Assembly: GCA_021650915.1 (NCBI GenBank)
Contig: CP091279.1
Location: forward strand, 90,001 to 122,000
From: Candidatus Brocadia sp.
GTDB lineage: Bacteria > Planctomycetota > Brocadiia > Brocadiales > Brocadiaceae
Direction: 5' to 3'
Length of the DNA: 32,000 nt
Below the pieces are notes generated by a model. That model had not been told where the DNA came from, did not search any database, and worked only from the letters and a program-made list of their open reading frames with translations. The position numbers and the translations under genes were made by a program. Below are positions 28,689 to 32,000 of this stretch, piece by piece (position 1 is the stretch's first letter; every line of letters begins with the position of its first letter).

Positions 28689-30695
28689 CCCGACTTTCGC
28701 AATTCGCGCCTAAAAAAGTTTATTTTTGGGCAAGAGTCGCCAGGAAACCCGTGATATTCAAGGGGTGAATTTTAAAAACGGCTTGTAGTGCCGACCTACC
28801 CTCTTGACGCATGCAGGAGGAAGTGCGAAAATGCTCGCATGTTTCTCCGGGAAAAGACACGAACGAAGGATGGGAAAACCCACCGGTATTGGAGTGTGGT
28901 AGAGAACCGCCGGGTTACCGGAAGAAGGGTGGTGCAGCGGCAGGTTCTCTATTTGGGAGAACTCAATGACAATCAACGGGCTGGGTGGATTCGGACGATA
29001 GAGGCGGTGTCGGGTAAAGAACCGAAACCAAGACAACTGGCATTGTTTCCGGATGACCGGGAAGCCATGCCGATACCGGATGGTGAGACAGTTCGGGTGA
29101 GGTTGGACAAAATAGAGCTGCGCCATCCACGGGAGTGGGGAGCAAGCTGGTTGGGATTGTATGTATGGAATATGCTGGAACTGGACACATTCTGGAGGAT
29201 GCGTCTGCCGTCAAGCCGGAAGGGGACAAGCTGGTTGAATATACTGAAGGCGCTTGTCTGTTACCGGTTGATCGATCCGGGAAGCGAATTTCGTTTTCAC
29301 CGTGAGTGGTACGTGCGCAGCGCAACAGGCGATCTGCTGGGAGAGGATTATTCCCTGGCGCAGAAGGACAAGGCGTATCGTTGTTTGGATTTGTTGCTTG
29401 AGCATCGGGACGAGCTGTTTGCCTATTTAAAGGAGAAGTGGGGCAAGCTCTTTGGGGCGAAGTACGATGTGCTGCTGTATGATTTGACGAGTACGTATTT
29501 TGAAAGTGACCCACCTCCGGCTGTATCGGGAAGTAAGAAGCGTTTTGGATACAGTCGGGACAACCGTTCGGATTGCGTGCAGGTGGTAGTGGCATTGGTG
29601 TTAACGCCGGAAGGATTTCCCGTGGCCTACGAAGTGTATCCGGGCAATACCAGAGACACCGCAACGCTGGAGGAATTTCTGGATCGGATTGAAAAGCAGT
29701 ATGGGAAATTCCGGCGCACCTGGCTTATGGATCGCGGTATTCCAACGGAGGAGATGTTGGAAAAGATGCGTGAGCGCGGGATTGATTATTTGGTTGGGAC
29801 TCCGAAGGGACATTTGACGCGAGTAGAAAAACCGCTACTCGAACAAACCTGGATGCAGGCGAGGGAGAGTGTCCGCGTGAAAGTTCTTCGGCAGGAATCG
29901 GAGTTTTACGTTTACGTGGAAAGCCATGACCGGGTGTCTAAGGAGCGTGCCATGCGTAGGCGCAGACTCAGACGTTTGTGGATGGGCCTGCGCGAACTTC
30001 GCAATCGAAAAGCCCTCACGCGCGATGACCTGCTCATGCATATTGGCGCGTTAAAGAAAGAAGCCGGACGAGACTACAGACTGGTCACGATCTCCATTCC
30101 CAAACCGCAGGAACCGGTCAATGAGAATACGTTCCGGTTCAGTTTGGATCGGGAACGCCTGAGGCAGGCGTATCGGCGCGAGGGGCGTTATTTGCTTCGT
30201 TCCAACATGCAGGCCACCGCGCCAGAAACCGTCTGGGAAAATTATTTGCTGTTGACACGGATAGAACAGGCATTTAAGGACTTGAAGGGGTCTCTTTCCG
30301 TCCGCCCCCTATGGCATCAATTGGAACGGAGAATTGAAGCCCATATCTTTGTTTCCTTTTTGGCTTTTTGTCTCCACACGACACTGCGCAATCTTGCGCG
30401 GGGGAGGGCCGGAGGGCTGACGTCTGAAGCGATTTTGGAAAAACTGTCGGGCATTCAAATGATAGACGTTCATTTACCGACCACGGATGGCCGTCATATT
30501 GTCATGAGCCGTTATACCCAGCCGGAGAAGGACGTTTTACTCCTTTTGGCGCAGTTGGGATTAACGCTTCCTGAACAACCGCCGCCCAAGGTTTACGCAT
30601 CCGGACAGGTCGGCCTGTAGTGCCGACCTTTTTACATGACCCCTTGATTTTCCTGGCTTAGCGGGTTGTATACCCCTCGAATTGCGAAAGTCGGG
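28689..30695 (+). mobile_element. Complete ~2007-bp IS1634-like insertion sequence, copy 2
   Basis: 18-bp TIRs CCCGACTTTCGCAATTCG / CGAATTGCGAAAGTCGGG with TTAG duplications at 28685-28688 and 30696-30699; one intact transposase ORF. Confidence 0.93.
28839..30620 (+). CDS. IS1634-like transposase
   Basis: MFLREKTRTKDGKTHRYWSVVENRRVTGRRVVQRQVLYLGELN start; DDE context YDLTSTYFE, TWLMDRGIP, LTRIEQAFKDLKGSLSVRPLWHQLERRIEAHIFVSFLA. The track starts it at GTG 28788. Confidence 0.93.
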   Translation: MFLREKTRTKDGKTHRYWSVVENRRVTGRRVVQRQVLYLGELNDNQRAGWIRTIEAVSGKEPKPRQLALFPDDREAMPIPDGETVRVRLDKIELRHPREWGASWLGLYVWNMLELDTFWRMRLPSSRKGTSWLNILKALVCYRLIDPGSEFRFHREWYVRSATGDLLGEDYSLAQKDKAYRCLDLLLEHRDELFAYLKEKWGKLFGAKYDVLLYDLTSTYFESDPPPAVSGSKKRFGYSRDNRSDCVQVVVALVLTPEGFPVAYEVYPGNTRDTATLEEFLDRIEKQYGKFRRTWLMDRGIPTEEMLEKMRERGIDYLVGTPKGHLTRVEKPLLEQTWMQARESVRVKVLRQESEFYVYVESHDRVSKERAMRRRRLRRLWMGLRELRNRKALTRDDLLMHIGALKKEAGRDYRLVTISIPKPQEPVNENTFRFSLDRERLRQAYRREGRYLLRSNMQATAPETVWENYLLLTRIEQAFKDLKGSLSVRPLWHQLERRIEAHIFVSFLAFCLHTTLRNLARGRAGGLTSEAILEKLSGIQMIDVHLPTTDGRHIVMSRYTQPEKDVLLLLAQLGLTLPEQPPPKVYASGQVGL

Positions 30696-30792
30696 TTAGC
30701 CTGTGCAGGCCAAAACCACCGCGGCTATCAGGTTGAAATTCCTCAACGGTAAAATGAGATGCCGCTCTGTGTGAAAGAGCCGGATGGATACT

Positions 30793-31509
30793 TCATTTCA
30801 GGGGTTCGATAATCTCTACCCCTCGTGGCACTTCAAAGATGAACAGCTTGTCAGACATGCCTTTGTTAAGCTTGATATTTTTCAGTTCAATACGATTGAC
30901 CACCTCGCCCGCACTTTCGTAGAGTTCTATCCTGACTGGCAGCCAGAACCCTTCCTCTACCCATAATCGGATATCGGAATATTGAGACTTCTTGTCTTTT
31001 GGCAGGAGATCCAGGATATAGAAGCGCTTCTTGCCCTCATCCATTGTTTCAAACAGGGTGATAGTATAATCTTTTTTTACTGAATGCACCGATTCTCCGT
31101 AACCAAATTCAAAAAAACTCAAACCTTGAGAGGTTTGTTTGTCTCTGTCCATGTCATACTTTTCGACTTGCTTTTCTGCCGGATGATACACCCACACATG
31201 CTTCCCATCCACAACGTTTATCTCATTGCGAGGTGGGTAAAATTTCAGGTACAGCCTCTTGGGTTTTTTATAACTCATCTGGCCCTGGAAGACCTCGGTA
31301 GATTCAAGCAGGGTAATGGTGCGGGTAAAGGTCATGTCAGCCTTCAGGGTCTTGAAGGCATTGTTTGCCTTTTCGATCTCGGCAAGGACCTCGTCGAGGT
31401 TTTTCCCTGGAGTAACCTCTTTTGGCAAGCCACTTCTCTGGAAAAAGAAGACGCACGAGATTAAGACTATAAGTAAAATAAACCTGTTTTTATACACTGA
31501 CTCCTCCAT
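30793..31509 (-). CDS. LolA-like outer-membrane lipoprotein carrier family protein
   Basis: ANNAFKTLKADMTFTRTITLLESTEVFQGQMSYKKPKRLYLKFYPPRNEINVVDGKHVWVYHPAEKQVEKYDM...; beta-rich protein with signal anchor. Confidence 0.82.
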   Translation of the reverse strand: MEESVYKNRFILLIVLISCVFFFQRSGLPKEVTPGKNLDEVLAEIEKANNAFKTLKADMTFTRTITLLESTEVFQGQMSYKKPKRLYLKFYPPRNEINVVDGKHVWVYHPAEKQVEKYDMDRDKQTSQGLSFFEFGYGESVHSVKKDYTITLFETMDEGKKRFYILDLLPKDKKSQYSDIRLWVEEGFWLPVRIELYESAGEVVNRIELKNIKLNKGMSDKLFIFEVPRGVEIIEPLK

Positions 31510-32000
31510 TCAAGCCTGTGCTCATTTTCTCAAAATGGGTGATGATATCGATGATTTCCCGGATACTCTCTATTTCGAAATCGGGAACCACTTCGGTTTC
31601 TATATACTCTTTATACCGGAGCAGTACCGTCTTGGTTCCTGCCGCCTTGCCGCATAGAATATCATACTTGTAGTCACCCACCATTAAGAGGTGATCGGTA
31701 TGAATATTCATCTTTTTGCTCAGCAAAAAAATGGGGTCAGGGGCCGGCTTTGGTTTGGTGTCTTCCCGGCTCACGATAAATTCAAAATGAAGACAATGTT
31801 TCTGGAGAACGGTTTCCACTGACTTGCGGGAGTTGCGGGTTAAAAGGGCCTTTTTCAGTTGTTTCTTTGAAATATATTCCAGCATTTCCACAACGCCTTC
31901 ATTGAGTTCTGATTCGCTGGCTGCCTGCGCCTCATAACGCTCTAGGATTTCCAGCGCCCTCTTTCGCTCCTCAGGGGTCGATCGTTCCGCATAATCGATA
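31490..32000 (-). CDS. HAD-superfamily hydrolase (phosphoglycolate phosphatase-like), 5' end beyond the window
   Basis: KALLTRNSRKS, KPKPAPDPIFLLSKKM and LLMVGDYKYDILCGKAAGTKTVLL. The open frame continues upstream (IDYAERSTPEERKRALEILERYEAQAASESELNEGVVEMLEYI) to the window edge and overlaps the lolA-like start by 20 nt. Confidence 0.87.
   Translation of the reverse strand, partial: IDYAERSTPEERKRALEILERYEAQAASESELNEGVVEMLEYISKKQLKKALLTRNSRKSVETVLQKHCLHFEFIVSREDTKPKPAPDPIFLLSKKMNIHTDHLLMVGDYKYDILCGKAAGTKTVLLRYKEYIETEVVPDFEIESIREIIDIITHFEKMSTGLNGGVSV

Noticed and set aside
28758-30041. Minus-strand ORFs of 60-233 aa opposite the IS1634-like transposase
   Set aside because: Shadow ORFs. The same spurious frames also appear opposite the degraded copy at 6925-8414.
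1-32000. CRISPR arrays, rRNA and tRNA genes
   Set aside because: No regularly spaced direct repeats, rRNA-like conserved words or cloverleaf candidates were recognised by eye; tRNAscan-SE and Infernal would be needed to exclude them formally.

Overview
This 32 kb window looks like a chromosomal segment of an anammox-type planctomycete (inferred from multihaem gene content). I read it by eye from sequence and the supplied ORF track, with no database search. Housekeeping genes: mfd, a SurA/parvulin-type PPIase, a SugE/Gdx-type SMR exporter, IMP dehydrogenase, tRNA nucleotidyltransferase, a LolA-like protein and a HAD hydrolase. Respiratory genes: a minus-strand cluster of octahaem HAO-like cytochrome, dihaem cytochrome c and cupredoxin-like protein, plus a second octahaem HAO-like gene just downstream of cca. 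Accessory content: a split Fic antitoxin/toxin pair, a SEC-C protein between two copies of a 109-bp palindromic MITE, an IS3-family element, two copies of a ~2.0-kb IS1634-like element with 4-bp TTAG duplications, and a dense run of nested transposase remnants (IS66-like, ISL3-like and others). The most interesting items are: (i) an undocumented-looking ~215-bp mobile repeat, one copy of which splits the degraded IS1634-like transposase and so has a recoverable empty site; (ii) the 109-bp MITE pair, one copy lying on the fic stop codon; (iii) an IMPDH that reads as the eukaryotic type; (iv) the split Fic pair with an SxxxEG antitoxin motif and a non-canonical HPFKDFNGR motif; (v) a cupredoxin-like protein apparently lacking the axial Met; (vi) a three-part hairpin that would sequester the Shine-Dalgarno of a transposase gene. 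I did not find convincing evidence of a wholly new defence or metabolic system. No CRISPR array, rRNA or tRNA was recognised. Hand-derived coordinates may be off by a few bases.
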